From NCBI GenBank assembly GCA_016781925.1, contig JADDPH010000093.1, positions 1 to 54,673 of the forward strand: DNA of 54,673 nucleotides, given 5' to 3'. Below, in pieces: positions 38,768 through 48,466 of this stretch. Position 1 is the first letter of the stretch, and every line of letters starts with the position of its first letter. The notes under the pieces were generated by a model. That model saw only the letters and a list, made by a program, of their open reading frames with translations, searched no databases and had not been told where the DNA came from. The DNA is from Sphaerobacteraceae bacterium (GTDB lineage Bacteria; Chloroflexota; Chloroflexia; Thermomicrobiales; UBA6265). Position numbers and translations under genes: made by a program.

Positions 38768-40192
38768 ATGGCCGTCGATGCCCCACTCCAGGTCTACAAC
38801 ACGCTCACCCGCCGCAAGGAGCCTTTTGAGACCATCGAGTCCGGTCGGGTGCGCATGTATGTCTGTGGCGTGACGGTCTACGACAGCGCCCATGTGGGGC
38901 ATGGCATGTCCGCGATCGTCTTCGACGTCATTCGTCGGTATCTGGAGCACCGTGGCTACGATGTCCGCCACGCTCAAAACTTCACGGACGTCGACGACAA
39001 GATCATCCTCCGAGCCCATAGGGAGGGCATCACCCCAGATGCGTTGACGGAGCGGTTGATCGACGAGTGGCTTGCCGATACCGACGCGCTCGGTATCCAG
39101 CGCGCTACCGTCTACCCGCGCGCTACCCAGGAGATCGGCCCGATCGTCGCGATGATCGAGGGGCTCATCGAGCGCGGCCACGCCTACCCGGTCGATGGCG
39201 ATGTCTACTTTCGCGTCCGCTCGTTCTCCGACTACGGCAAACTCTCCCACCGTCAACTCGACGACCTCCTCTCCGGCGCCAGGATCGAGGTCGACGAGCG
39301 GAAGGAAGATCCGCTCGACTTCGCGCTGTGGAAAGCCGCGAAGCCCGGCGAGCCAAGCTGGGAGAGCCCTTGGAGCGCGGGGCGACCCGGCTGGCACATC
39401 GAGTGCTCCGCGATGTGCAGCACCCATCTGAATGGTGTGGTCGACATCCACGGCGGCGGTGCGGATCTGATCTTCCCCCACCATGAGAACGAAATTGCCC
39501 AATCGGAGGCATTCCTTGGCCAGGAACCCTTCGCGCGCTACTGGATTCACAACGGCCTGCTCCGTCTGGGCGACGAGAAAATGTCCAAGTCCCTCGGCAA
39601 TATGGTCCGAATCCGGGAGATCTTGGATCGGGGGCTCGGCCCCGCCTTCCGCCTGATGGTCCTCCAGTCCCACTACCGCGCCCCGCTCACCTTCAGCGAG
39701 GAAGGCCTGCAAGCGGCCGAGCGCGGCCTGGCACGGCTTCGGACCGCCGCCTCGGACGCCGCATCTCCCCTTGCAAGCGAGGACAACGCGGAGACAGCCT
39801 CCACCGACATCCTCCCGCTGGTCGCGGAAACGCAGTCGCGCTTCCACGCCGCGATGGCCGACGATTTCGACACGCCGGGCGCGGTGGCCGCCCTCTTCGA
39901 CCTTGGGCGGGCCATCAACCGGGTGCGTGGTACCGGTGTTGCGTCCCCGGAGGTGGAGGCGGCCCGGGTGACCCTCGTTGAGCTGGCGGGAATCCTCGGG
40001 CTGACCCTGGAAGATGTGGCCGTTCCCCTTGCCGGGGACGCCGCCCCGTTCATCGACCTGCTTGTGCGGGTTCGGGACGATCTGCGCGCCGCGAAGCAGT
40101 GGGCGCTCGCCGACACCATCCGCGACGGGCTCGTCGCCCAGGGGATCGCCGTTGAAGACGGACCGACCGGTTCCACCTGGCGCCGGGCCTAA
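38768..40192 (+). CDS. cysS: Cysteine--tRNA ligase
   Basis: YVCGVTVY, HVGH, GRPGWHIECSAM, FPHHENE and KMSKS motifs. Confidence 0.97.
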   Translation: MAVDAPLQVYNTLTRRKEPFETIESGRVRMYVCGVTVYDSAHVGHGMSAIVFDVIRRYLEHRGYDVRHAQNFTDVDDKIILRAHREGITPDALTERLIDEWLADTDALGIQRATVYPRATQEIGPIVAMIEGLIERGHAYPVDGDVYFRVRSFSDYGKLSHRQLDDLLSGARIEVDERKEDPLDFALWKAAKPGEPSWESPWSAGRPGWHIECSAMCSTHLNGVVDIHGGGADLIFPHHENEIAQSEAFLGQEPFARYWIHNGLLRLGDEKMSKSLGNMVRIREILDRGLGPAFRLMVLQSHYRAPLTFSEEGLQAAERGLARLRTAASDAASPLASEDNAETASTDILPLVAETQSRFHAAMADDFDTPGAVAALFDLGRAINRVRGTGVASPEVEAARVTLVELAGILGLTLEDVAVPLAGDAAPFIDLLVRVRDDLRAAKQWALADTIRDGLVAQGIAVEDGPTGSTWRRA

Positions 40193-41051
40193 CCGTTCCG
40201 ATCCGCGACAGGATCGCCGCCGGCCACCCGCCGGGCCTTCCGGTCGCCCGTCCCATAGCGGCGGGCGCCGCCGTGACCAACGCCCCACCGCCCCGGGTGG
40301 ACCGCCGATCGCCATCCGCGGCGACCTGCTCTACGGCCGCAACGCCGTTCACGAGGCCCTCCGGGGACCGCGCAAGGCGATCCGCCTCCTCCTGGCCGAA
40401 GGGGTCCGCGAAGACGAACGGCTCCGCTCCCTTGAAGGCGCGGCCGGCGCGGCGGGCATCCCCGTGGAGCGAGTGCCCCGTCCCATGCTGGACGACCTCA
40501 CCGCGGGCGCTAACCACCAGGGCGTCGCCCTGGAGACCTCGCCCTTTCCGTACGCCACCCTGGACGATCTGCTCGAGCGCACCGGCACCGTCCTCGCGCT
40601 GGACCACCTTCAGGACCCGCAGAACTTCGGCACCCTCCTCCGCACCGCCGAGGCCAGCGGCGTCGCCGGGATCGTCCTGCCCCAGGACCGGGCGGTCGGC
40701 ATCACCCCGGCCGTCGTGAACGCCTCGGCCGGTGCCGTCGAGCACCTCCTCGTCGCGCGGGTTCCGAACTTGGCCCGCGCCCTCGACAGCCTCAAGGAGC
40801 GCGGCTGGTGGGTGGTCGGCCTCGTCGCCGGTCCCGAGTCGGTCGACCTCTTCACGGCCGACCTCCCGACCCCGGTCGCCCTGGTCGTCGGCAGCGAGGG
40901 CAGCGGCATCGGACCGAACGTGGCCCGCCGCTGCGACCTCATGGTGTCGCTGCCCATGCGCGGCTCCGTCGCCTCCCTCAACGCCGCCACGGCGGGGTCA
41001 ATCGCCCTCTTCGATCTGCTCCGCCGTGACCCGCACGCCTCCGCGCCGTAA
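40152..41051 (+). CDS. rlmB: 23S rRNA Gm2251 methyltransferase (start uncertain)
   Basis: YGRNAV, NHQGV, QDPQNFG, GSEGSG and SLNA motifs; canonical position after cysS. Confidence 0.9.
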   Translation: MKTDRPVPPGAGPNRSDPRQDRRRPPAGPSGRPSHSGGRRRDQRPTAPGGPPIAIRGDLLYGRNAVHEALRGPRKAIRLLLAEGVREDERLRSLEGAAGAAGIPVERVPRPMLDDLTAGANHQGVALETSPFPYATLDDLLERTGTVLALDHLQDPQNFGTLLRTAEASGVAGIVLPQDRAVGITPAVVNASAGAVEHLLVARVPNLARALDSLKERGWWVVGLVAGPESVDLFTADLPTPVALVVGSEGSGIGPNVARRCDLMVSLPMRGSVASLNAATAGSIALFDLLRRDPHASAP

Positions 41052-41359
41052 TTCCGCCCCTCGACCGCTGGGCCGCGCCCCACCCACGCTTCCCTCATCG
41101 CCGCGCCCTCGCGCAGAACCGGAACCCCGCCACCCAAACCGGTTGACGCCCCGGACGGTCAAGTGCTACGTTGATAACACCCGTACGTACACCCCGTCAT
41201 GGTGCTCCCAAGGGCTTGACCCCGGTCCGTGCTACCCCACGACGCCGGCTTCGCGTTCTCTGGGAGTGGCCGCCGAGGTGCCGTGCTGCGCGGGGACGCA
41301 AATAGCCGGGCCGGCATCGTTGCGGCGATGTCGGCCCCGGATCGGGGTGGAGGGAAACG

Positions 41360-43423
41360 ATGCACGAGTCCCTGCCGCGCTTCGGTGAAGCGCTGTCGCG
41401 GCGCGTCGATCGCCGTGTTGTCCTGAAGGCAACGGCGGCCTTCGGCGCCATGTCCGCCGTTGGGGCTGCCCGGGTGCGGCCGGGTCGCGCCCAAAACGCC
41501 GAAACCATCGCCGGCACCTGGTCGGAGACCGGCGGTACCGGGTCGTCCGACTCGGGGGAGGGCGTCGTCTTCAAGGCCGACTTCCCCTTCTATGCCGTCG
41601 GCGCCCATTGGGGGGGCGACACCGACCTGGTGCCGCGGCTGGAGATGAGCTTCAGCGCGGACGGCGTCTCCTTCACCGAACCGGTCGCCGTCGGCGCGGC
41701 GGTGGAAGATGCCGGGCGGCCCGAACGGGACGGCCGCGTCTTCAGCGACCTCGTCTTCACCGACGAGGCCCGCTTCGTCCGCTACCGAACGCTGGACGAC
41801 GCCGGGGAACCGGTCCAGGTGCCGGACCTGGCCCTGACCTACATCAATGCCGCGGCCGGCCCCACCATCGATGACGTCTACGCCGCGGCGCTGGAGCCGG
41901 CCCTCTCCCCGCCCCCGATCATCTCCCGCGCCGCCTGGGGCGCCAACGAAACCTACCGCTACAACGCCAACGGCGTGATCTGGCCTCCGGAGTACCGCAC
42001 CGTCGAGCACGTGATCATCCACCACACGGACACCGCCAACTTCCAGGATCCGCTGGTCGCGATGCGCTCCATCTACTACTACCACGCGATCACCCGCGGC
42101 TGGGGCGACATCGGGTACAACTACCTGGTCGACTACATGGGCAACGTCTACGAAGGTCGTGCCGGCGGCGAGAACGTGGTCGGCGGCCACGCCTACCAGT
42201 ACGCCTACGGCAGTACCGGCATCGGCACCATCGGCCGCTTCAGCTTCGAATCGGAGACCCCCGAGGCGCAGGCTGGGCTTGTCTGGATCACCGCCTGGGT
42301 CGGGCGGAAACTGGATCCCCTCGGAAGGGCCGACTTCCACGAGACGCCCAACCTCCCGACCATCTGCGGTCACCGCGACGTCAACGAGAGCACCTGCCCC
42401 GGTGACTACCTCTACGGCGACCTGCCGACCATCCGGCAGTACGTCAACGCCGTGCTCAATGAAGGTGCCAGCCCAGAGCCGGCCTCCCCTGCCTTCGCGG
42501 CCGGGGATGTCGTCTCCGTGGTGGTTCCGGATGGCAATCTTCGCAGCGGGCCGGGCCTCACCTTCCCAGTGATCGCGGAGATGGCCCTGGGTACCCTGCT
42601 GACGGTGGTCGACGGACCAACGACGCACGACGGCCACACCTGGTACGCCGTGACCGGGAGCTACGGGGACGGCTGGAGCGCCTCCTTCCTGCTCCAGGCG
42701 ACCGGCAACGGTGCCCCAGCACCTTCGTCATTCCGCACCGGTGACTCCGTCGTGGTCGACACGGACGTGCTGAACCTTCGCAACTCCCCCGGCCTGGCCG
42801 GCGGCGTGATCGCGCGCCTTCCCTTCGGCACCCAGGGCACGGTGGTCGGCGACCAGCGCGTGGCCGATGGGTACGGTTGGACCCAGCTCGAGACGGACCA
42901 GGGAACGGGCTGGGCGGCGTCAAGCTTCCTTGCCCCGGCCTCCTCCTCCGCGCCGCCGTCTACACCCGCCGGAGGTTTCAGCGTCGGCGACAAGGTGGTG
43001 GTGAATACGGACGCCCTCAACCTCCGTTCCGGTCCCGGCTTTGGCCAGACGGTGATCGCCACCATGCCCACCGGCACCCCGCTGGACGTCACCGTCGCTC
43101 CGCAGCAGGTGGACGGCTCCGTCTGGTACGGGGTCAATTCCGAGCGCTACGGCGGCGGCTGGGTCGCGGGCGAGTTTCTTGCGCCGGCCGGCGGCTCCGG
43201 GGGCGGGCTCCAGGTCGGAGACACCGTCCAGGTGATCGACGGAAGCCTCAACTTCCGGTCCGGTCCCGGCACCTCGGCCTCCATCGTCAACGTTGTCCCC
43301 GAGGGGACGCGATTCACCGTGGTCGGCGGTCCTGTCGTCGCAAACGGCTACTCCTGGTACCAGGTCGAGAACGGCTCGTACGGCGCGGGCTGGTCCGTCG
43401 GAACCTTCCTGCGGCCGGTCTAA
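41360..43423 (+). CDS. Tat-exported N-acetylmuramoyl-L-alanine amidase (Amidase_2/PGRP-like) with four SH3b domains
   Basis: RRVVLK Tat motif; IIHHT, DIGYNY, GGHA and GHRD..CPG; four NLRxxPG..GW repeats. Confidence 0.9.
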   Translation: MHESLPRFGEALSRRVDRRVVLKATAAFGAMSAVGAARVRPGRAQNAETIAGTWSETGGTGSSDSGEGVVFKADFPFYAVGAHWGGDTDLVPRLEMSFSADGVSFTEPVAVGAAVEDAGRPERDGRVFSDLVFTDEARFVRYRTLDDAGEPVQVPDLALTYINAAAGPTIDDVYAAALEPALSPPPIISRAAWGANETYRYNANGVIWPPEYRTVEHVIIHHTDTANFQDPLVAMRSIYYYHAITRGWGDIGYNYLVDYMGNVYEGRAGGENVVGGHAYQYAYGSTGIGTIGRFSFESETPEAQAGLVWITAWVGRKLDPLGRADFHETPNLPTICGHRDVNESTCPGDYLYGDLPTIRQYVNAVLNEGASPEPASPAFAAGDVVSVVVPDGNLRSGPGLTFPVIAEMALGTLLTVVDGPTTHDGHTWYAVTGSYGDGWSASFLLQATGNGAPAPSSFRTGDSVVVDTDVLNLRNSPGLAGGVIARLPFGTQGTVVGDQRVADGYGWTQLETDQGTGWAASSFLAPASSSAPPSTPAGGFSVGDKVVVNTDALNLRSGPGFGQTVIATMPTGTPLDVTVAPQQVDGSVWYGVNSERYGGGWVAGEFLAPAGGSGGGLQVGDTVQVIDGSLNFRSGPGTSASIVNVVPEGTRFTVVGGPVVANGYSWYQVENGSYGAGWSVGTFLRPV

Positions 43424-43431
43424 CCCAGCAC

Positions 43432-43486
43432 GGCGACAACCCGTGGCGCCCTCGGTGCCGGGCAGGGGGCGCCACGGGTTGTCGCC
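43432..43486 (+). terminator. Long hairpin after the amidase gene
   Basis: GGCGACAACCCGTGGCGCCC / GGGCGCCACGGGTTGTCGCC; no U-tract. Confidence 0.6.
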
Positions 43487-43513
43487 GCCCGGACCCCACC
43501 GCCACTCCCGGCG

Positions 43514-43542
43514 TTGCACCAGGGTCCCGGGGAACGTATAGT
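43514..43542 (+). promoter_or_regulatory. sigma70 promoter of rplI-dnaB
   Basis: TTGCAC-17 nt-TATAGT. Confidence 0.65.
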
Positions 43543-43645
43543 TGATGCGGACTATTGGTGGTGTTCGTACACCCTACGGCCTCGCATGCGTGGACCTCCA
43601 CGCGGCCGAGCGTGGCGAGCGAACGGAAGAAGGTAACCGCAGGCC

Positions 43646-44164
43646 ATGAAGATCGTGCTCCGTCAGGACGTGCCCAAGCTGGGCGAGAAGGGCACCGTCC
43701 AGACCGTCAAGGACGGCTTCGCGCGCAACTACCTCATCCCGCAGGGGATGGCGGTGCTCGCGACTCCCGGCGAACTGAAGATGGTCGAAGAGAACGGCCG
43801 AGTGCAGGCCCGCAAGATCGCCAAGCAGGAGCAACAACTCCAGTCCCTCGCGGACCGCATCGCCGGCCAGCGCCTTGAGTTCACCGCGAAGGCGGGTGAC
43901 CAAGGGCGGCTCTACGGTTCGATTACTGCCGGGGATGTCGCGGAGAAGCTGGGAGAGCTGGTCCGGGAGGAGATCGACCGCCGCAAGGTGGCGCTCGAGG
44001 ATCCCATCCGGACCCTCGGCGAACACAGCGTGACCATCCATCTCGTTGGCCGGCTGCGGCCCCAGGTCACCGTCGTTGTCCGGGGCGATGCTGACTCCAG
44101 CGAGGAGGCCGACACTAACTCGGCCGCGACAGCGTCTGACGACAACGCGGGCGAGGGGGCCTAA
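43646..44164 (+). CDS. rplI: 50S ribosomal protein L9
   Basis: MKIVLRQDVPKLG, VKDGFARNYLIP and GRLYGSIT motifs. Confidence 0.97.
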   Translation: MKIVLRQDVPKLGEKGTVQTVKDGFARNYLIPQGMAVLATPGELKMVEENGRVQARKIAKQEQQLQSLADRIAGQRLEFTAKAGDQGRLYGSITAGDVAEKLGELVREEIDRRKVALEDPIRTLGEHSVTIHLVGRLRPQVTVVVRGDADSSEEADTNSAATASDDNAGEGA

Positions 44165-44391
44165 TGGGTCACATGGATGAGAGCAAGCGCGGCAAGGGCA
44201 GCTCGGGTCACCCGGAGCCGGGCAGTGGGCACGACGACAGCAAGACCGAAACGATCGCCGAGGGACCCGATGTGCCCGAGGTTGACGGCGTGCCGGGCGC
44301 TCATGGCGACGTCGAGGTGCGCGGCGGCGCCGTGAACGAATCAGCGTCCGATGGCAAGGCCGTCGAGGTCATTGAGGAGATGGGCAGCTAG
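44164..44391 (+). CDS. Small acidic hypothetical protein
   Basis: TAATG overlap with the rplI stop; low complexity. Confidence 0.55.
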   Translation: MGHMDESKRGKGSSGHPEPGSGHDDSKTETIAEGPDVPEVDGVPGAHGDVEVRGGAVNESASDGKAVEVIEEMGS

Positions 44392-44542
44392 CGTCGATCA
44401 CTCGGAGCCCAGCGCGGCCCGAGAGCACCTACGAAGACCGGCGCTCGCCCCCCGAAGCGAGCGCCGGTCCGTCTCTGATCCCGATCTGTCGCACTGGTCC
44501 GCCGCCCCCGCCGGCCGATCCGCGAGCTAAGGAGCCCGCCGG

Positions 44543-45883
44543 ATGGTCATGGCTGTCGAGCGCCTGCCTCCCCACAACCTCGAAGCCGAGCAGTCCGTGC
44601 TCGGGAGCCTCCTCATTGACCGCGATGCGATCATCAAGATCGCCTCCTACGTCAAGCCCGAGGATTTCTACCAGGGCGCCAACGGCACGATCTATCAGGC
44701 CATCGTTGACCTCTACAACCGGCGCGAACCGACCGATTTCATCACCCTGTCCGACGAGCTGGCCCGGCGGGACAAGCTGGATCACGTGGGCGGGGTGGCT
44801 TACCTCTCTGCCCTCCTCAACGCGGTCCCAACCGCCGTCCACGTCGAGTACTACGGCAAGATCGTCGAACGCACCGCCACACTCCGGCGCCTCATCGACG
44901 CCGGCTCCCAGATCGTCGCCATCGGCTATCGTGATGGTGTCGATACCGAGGACGCCCTCGATGCCGCTGAGCGGGCGATCTTTAATGTCTCGGAGAAGCG
45001 CGCGACCAAGGACTTCCAGTCCATCTCGGAAGTCCTCGACCGGTTCTTCGACCAGATCGACTACATGCAGCAGCACCGCGGCGACGTCGTCGGCGTCGCC
45101 ACGGGTTACACCGACCTCGACCAACTCACCGGGGGTCTTCAGAAATCCGACCTCATCATCCTCGCCGCTCGGCCTGCGATGGGGAAAACGGCCTTTGCTC
45201 TCGGCATCGCCCACGGAGCCGCGGTGACCCACGGCAAGACGGTTGGCATCTTCAGCCTCGAAATGTCCGCGGAGCAACTCGTTCAGCGGCTCCTCTCCAC
45301 CGAAACGGGGGTTGACTCCCACCGCCTCCGTCTGGGTCACATCGATGATGGCGAATGGGACCGCATCTCCCGCGCCTTTGGCCGGCTCGCCGAGGCCAAC
45401 ATCTTTATCGACGACACCGCTGGTGCGGGGATCATGGATGTGCGCAGCAAGGCGCGGCGCCTCCAGGCCGAGCACGGATTGGACTTGGTAATCATCGATT
45501 ACCTGCAGCTCATGTCCGGCCGCCGGAGCGAGAACCGAGTCCAGGAGGTGTCAGAGATCTCTCGCGGCTTGAAGGGTCTGGCGCGTGAGCTCAACATCCC
45601 GGTGATCGCACTCTCCCAGCTCTCCCGGGCCGTGGAAACCCGAGCCGAGCACAAGCCGATGCTCTCCGACCTCCGGGAGTCGGGGTCGATTGAGCAAGAC
45701 GCCGATATCGTCATGTTCATCTACCGGGAAGAGAAGTACGACGAGAACACCGAGAAGAAGGGCATCGCCGAGATCATCGTCGCCAAACACCGCAACGGAC
45801 CGGTTGGGGAAATCAACCTCCGCTTCTTCGACAAGACTGCCCGTTTCGCGGATCTTGAGTTGTACCGGGAGCCAGGGCTGTAA
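44543..45883 (+). CDS. dnaB: Replicative DNA helicase
   Basis: PPHNLEAEQ, AARPAMGKT, DYLQL, LSQLSR and DLRESGSIEQDAD; no intein. Confidence 0.97.
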   Translation: MVMAVERLPPHNLEAEQSVLGSLLIDRDAIIKIASYVKPEDFYQGANGTIYQAIVDLYNRREPTDFITLSDELARRDKLDHVGGVAYLSALLNAVPTAVHVEYYGKIVERTATLRRLIDAGSQIVAIGYRDGVDTEDALDAAERAIFNVSEKRATKDFQSISEVLDRFFDQIDYMQQHRGDVVGVATGYTDLDQLTGGLQKSDLIILAARPAMGKTAFALGIAHGAAVTHGKTVGIFSLEMSAEQLVQRLLSTETGVDSHRLRLGHIDDGEWDRISRAFGRLAEANIFIDDTAGAGIMDVRSKARRLQAEHGLDLVIIDYLQLMSGRRSENRVQEVSEISRGLKGLARELNIPVIALSQLSRAVETRAEHKPMLSDLRESGSIEQDADIVMFIYREEKYDENTEKKGIAEIIVAKHRNGPVGEINLRFFDKTARFADLELYREPGL

Positions 45884-45913
45884 CGTGACTCGCATTCCCC
45901 TGGGCAGTTGCTG

Positions 45914-46588
45914 GTGAGCCGCCGCTTCAACGGTTTTGTGGTAGCGACCGAACCGGCCGTCGGCGTTCCCCGAGCTTTTTTCGTCGATGTCCTGCCGCAG
46001 CTCCAGGATCCGGCGGAGATCCAGGTGACATTGACCGCCTTCCGGATTGCGGCGGACGGTGGCGGCATTGAAACGCCGATCAGCGAGGACGCCCTCCTGC
46101 GAGATCGACCCCTACGCTCTGCCCTGCGAGTCGTCGGCAGTCCGCGAGAGCCGGACCACCGAATTGGCGTGGGGCTCGATCTGGCGGTTGGTCGCGGGAC
46201 GCTCCTCCGCTTCGCTTCCGAGCACGCCGCCGAGCGGCGGGTCTGGTACTATGTCAACACGCCCGTGAATCAGGCCCTCGTCGCCGCCATGGCACGTGGG
46301 GCCGTCGCGCCGCCGCTGGCGATCTGGCATGACGATGTCATCCCCACCGTGGAGCCGGAGCGGCCGAATGTCTTCCGCCTCTACGAGCAGAACATCGGCC
46401 TGCTTACCCCCCTGATCGCGGACCATATCGTGGACGCCCTGGAGACGTATCCCGTCGAGTGGATCGAGGACGGCATCGCTGAGGCGGTGACCTATAACCG
46501 CCGCAGTTGGCGTTACGTTCAGCGCATTTTGGAGAAATGGGCAACCGAGGGCCGGGGAGTCGGAGTGACGGGGAACAGGGAGCGATGA
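45914..46588 (+). CDS. DnaD domain protein
   Basis: N-terminal wHTH-like region; C-terminal FRLYEQNIG...YVQRILEKW DnaD motif. Confidence 0.85.
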   Translation: MSRRFNGFVVATEPAVGVPRAFFVDVLPQLQDPAEIQVTLTAFRIAADGGGIETPISEDALLRDRPLRSALRVVGSPREPDHRIGVGLDLAVGRGTLLRFASEHAAERRVWYYVNTPVNQALVAAMARGAVAPPLAIWHDDVIPTVEPERPNVFRLYEQNIGLLTPLIADHIVDALETYPVEWIEDGIAEAVTYNRRSWRYVQRILEKWATEGRGVGVTGNRER

Positions 46589-47367
46589 AGCGCATCGGCG
46601 ACGTCATGCAGCACATCTCGATCCCGATAGCACGGGGCCCGGTCGCGTCGGAACCGAAGGCGCCCGATTGTGCCATTTGTCAGGACGCCGGCTTCGTTCG
46701 CGGGGACTTCCCGGTTGGTCATCCGAAATTTGGCAGCATCTTCCCCTGCGAGTGCCGGGTTCGGGAACGCGCGGAGCGACAACGCGAGCAGCTGAGCAGC
46801 CTCACGAACTTGGATGCCTTCCAGGACAAGACGCTCGACAGGTTCGATCCGACCGTCCCGGGCGTGGTCAAGGCGTACCAAGAAGCGTTGGACTTCGTCG
46901 AATCACCAACGCGATGGCTCTTCCTTCACGGCGGCTGCGGCGTGGGCAAGACACACCTCGCGGCTGGGATTGCCATTGAAGTGTTCCGGCGGGAGCCACG
47001 TTGGACGGTCATCTTCCAGGTGGTCCCGGACCTGCTGGATCACCTACGAGCCACCTTTGATCCGAGCGCCGGTAGCGGCTACGACGATCGCTTCAACGCC
47101 TTCCGGAACGCCAACCTCCTCGTGCTCGACGACCTTGGCACGGAGAACACCACCCCGTGGGCGAGGGAAAAGCTCTACCAACTCTTCAACCACCGCTACA
47201 ATCAGCGTCTCGCCACCGTCGTCACCTCCAACCAGGACCTTCGCCACATCGAGGAGCGCGTACGCTCCCGGCTCCTGGACAGGGAACTCACCCGCTACAT
47301 CGAGATCGACGCGGATGACTTCCGCACCCCCCATCTCCCCCGCCAAATCAGCCCTCGTCGTCGCTGA
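46585..47367 (+). CDS. DnaC/DnaI (IstB-like) helicase-loader ATPase
   Basis: CxxC...CxC zinc domain, GCGVGKTHL, LVLDDLG, NHRY and RSRL; ATGA overlap with the dnaD-domain gene. Confidence 0.88.
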   Translation: MKRIGDVMQHISIPIARGPVASEPKAPDCAICQDAGFVRGDFPVGHPKFGSIFPCECRVRERAERQREQLSSLTNLDAFQDKTLDRFDPTVPGVVKAYQEALDFVESPTRWLFLHGGCGVGKTHLAAGIAIEVFRREPRWTVIFQVVPDLLDHLRATFDPSAGSGYDDRFNAFRNANLLVLDDLGTENTTPWAREKLYQLFNHRYNQRLATVVTSNQDLRHIEERVRSRLLDRELTRYIEIDADDFRTPHLPRQISPRRR

Positions 47368-47536
47368 TCACACCCACCGCTCCAAAAACGCTCCCGTGCA
47401 GGTCCCCATCCCGGCAGCGTCATCGCCGGTGATCCCCCAAGAGTATGGAACCGACGCCGATAGTACCGTCCTTGGCGAGCGGCAGAGTGTAGAATCAGGG
47501 GGCAAGGGTTCGCCTTGCAGAACTCACCGGTGAATC

Positions 47537-48445
47537 ATGCCCGACCTCACATGGCTCCTCTCCCGGCTGGCTGACCCGCGGGTCATCCTCGATATCCTCG
47601 TGGTCACGCTGATCATCTACTGGTTGCTCTGGGTGGCTCAAGGCACCCGTGCCACGCAGCTGATCCGCGGCATCATCACCTTGTTCGCGTTCGTCTTCCT
47701 CCTCGGGACATCCCTCCAACTCTCGACCCTCAACTGGATCCTTGGGCGCACCTGGCCCGCTCTCGTCGTCGCGCTGCCGGTCATCTTCCAGCCGGAACTC
47801 CGACGGGCACTCGAGCAGATTGGTCACACCGGCGCATGGCTGCGTACCTCCTTCCCCAGCGGCACCGAGCAGGACCTTGAGCGAACGGTCGACGAGGTGG
47901 TCAGAGCGGCGACACAGCTCGCGCGTCAACGATACGGTGCGCTCATTGTCATTGAGCGCGAAACCGGACTTCAGGACTTCGCAGATCGCGGCGTCTTGCT
48001 CGATGCGGCCCTGAGCCGGCAGTTGCTGATCAACGTCTTCTTTCCCAACTCTCCCCTCCACGATGCCGCGGTGATCGTCCGCGGAGACCGGATCGTGGCT
48101 GCCAGCGTGGTCCTGCCGCTGACAGACAACATCTCCGCCTCGGGGCAGTTGGGCACCCGACACCGGGCGGCGATTGGCGTGACCGAAGAGTCGGATGCCT
48201 TGGCGGTCGTCGTCTCTGAGGAAACCGGCCAGATGGCTGTTGCCCACAACGGGCGGCTCATCCGCAATCTCGACCAGGACCGCCTCCGCCGTGTTCTTCG
48301 CTCGCTGCTGCGTCTGGACCGGACCGACAGTCGCACCCCCGCGGGCAACGGCCGGCTCCACTTCCCTCTTCGCTCGATGGTCAGGAACGGGGTTGGGGCC
48401 GGGACAAGCACACGCCGGGATGCCGAGGCCCCGACACGACGATGA
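47537..48445 (+). CDS. cdaA: Diadenylate cyclase CdaA
   Basis: Three TM helices; FQPELRRAL, PLHDAA, GTRHRAA and VSEETG motifs. Confidence 0.93.
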   Translation: MPDLTWLLSRLADPRVILDILVVTLIIYWLLWVAQGTRATQLIRGIITLFAFVFLLGTSLQLSTLNWILGRTWPALVVALPVIFQPELRRALEQIGHTGAWLRTSFPSGTEQDLERTVDEVVRAATQLARQRYGALIVIERETGLQDFADRGVLLDAALSRQLLINVFFPNSPLHDAAVIVRGDRIVAASVVLPLTDNISASGQLGTRHRAAIGVTEESDALAVVVSEETGQMAVAHNGRLIRNLDQDRLRRVLRSLLRLDRTDSRTPAGNGRLHFPLRSMVRNGVGAGTSTRRDAEAPTRR

Positions 48446-48466
48446 TCAGGTGGGGACGGCTCTCCC

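Noticed and set aside
38747-40315. Long antisense ORFs (522 aa here; also 1180-2343, 41159-42637 and 52573-54012)
   Set aside because: GC-rich shadow ORFs opposite well-supported genes.
41240-41355. c-di-AMP (ydaO) riboswitch upstream of the amidase
   Set aside because: The conserved GCUGAA and CCCGUCAGCUAAC elements are absent.
42490-43420. Repeated DNA segments as CRISPR or tandem array
   Set aside because: They are in-frame SH3b domain repeats of the amidase.
46585-47367. IstB of an IS21 element
   Set aside because: No IstA or terminal repeats; the zinc domain and dnaB/dnaD context indicate a helicase loader.
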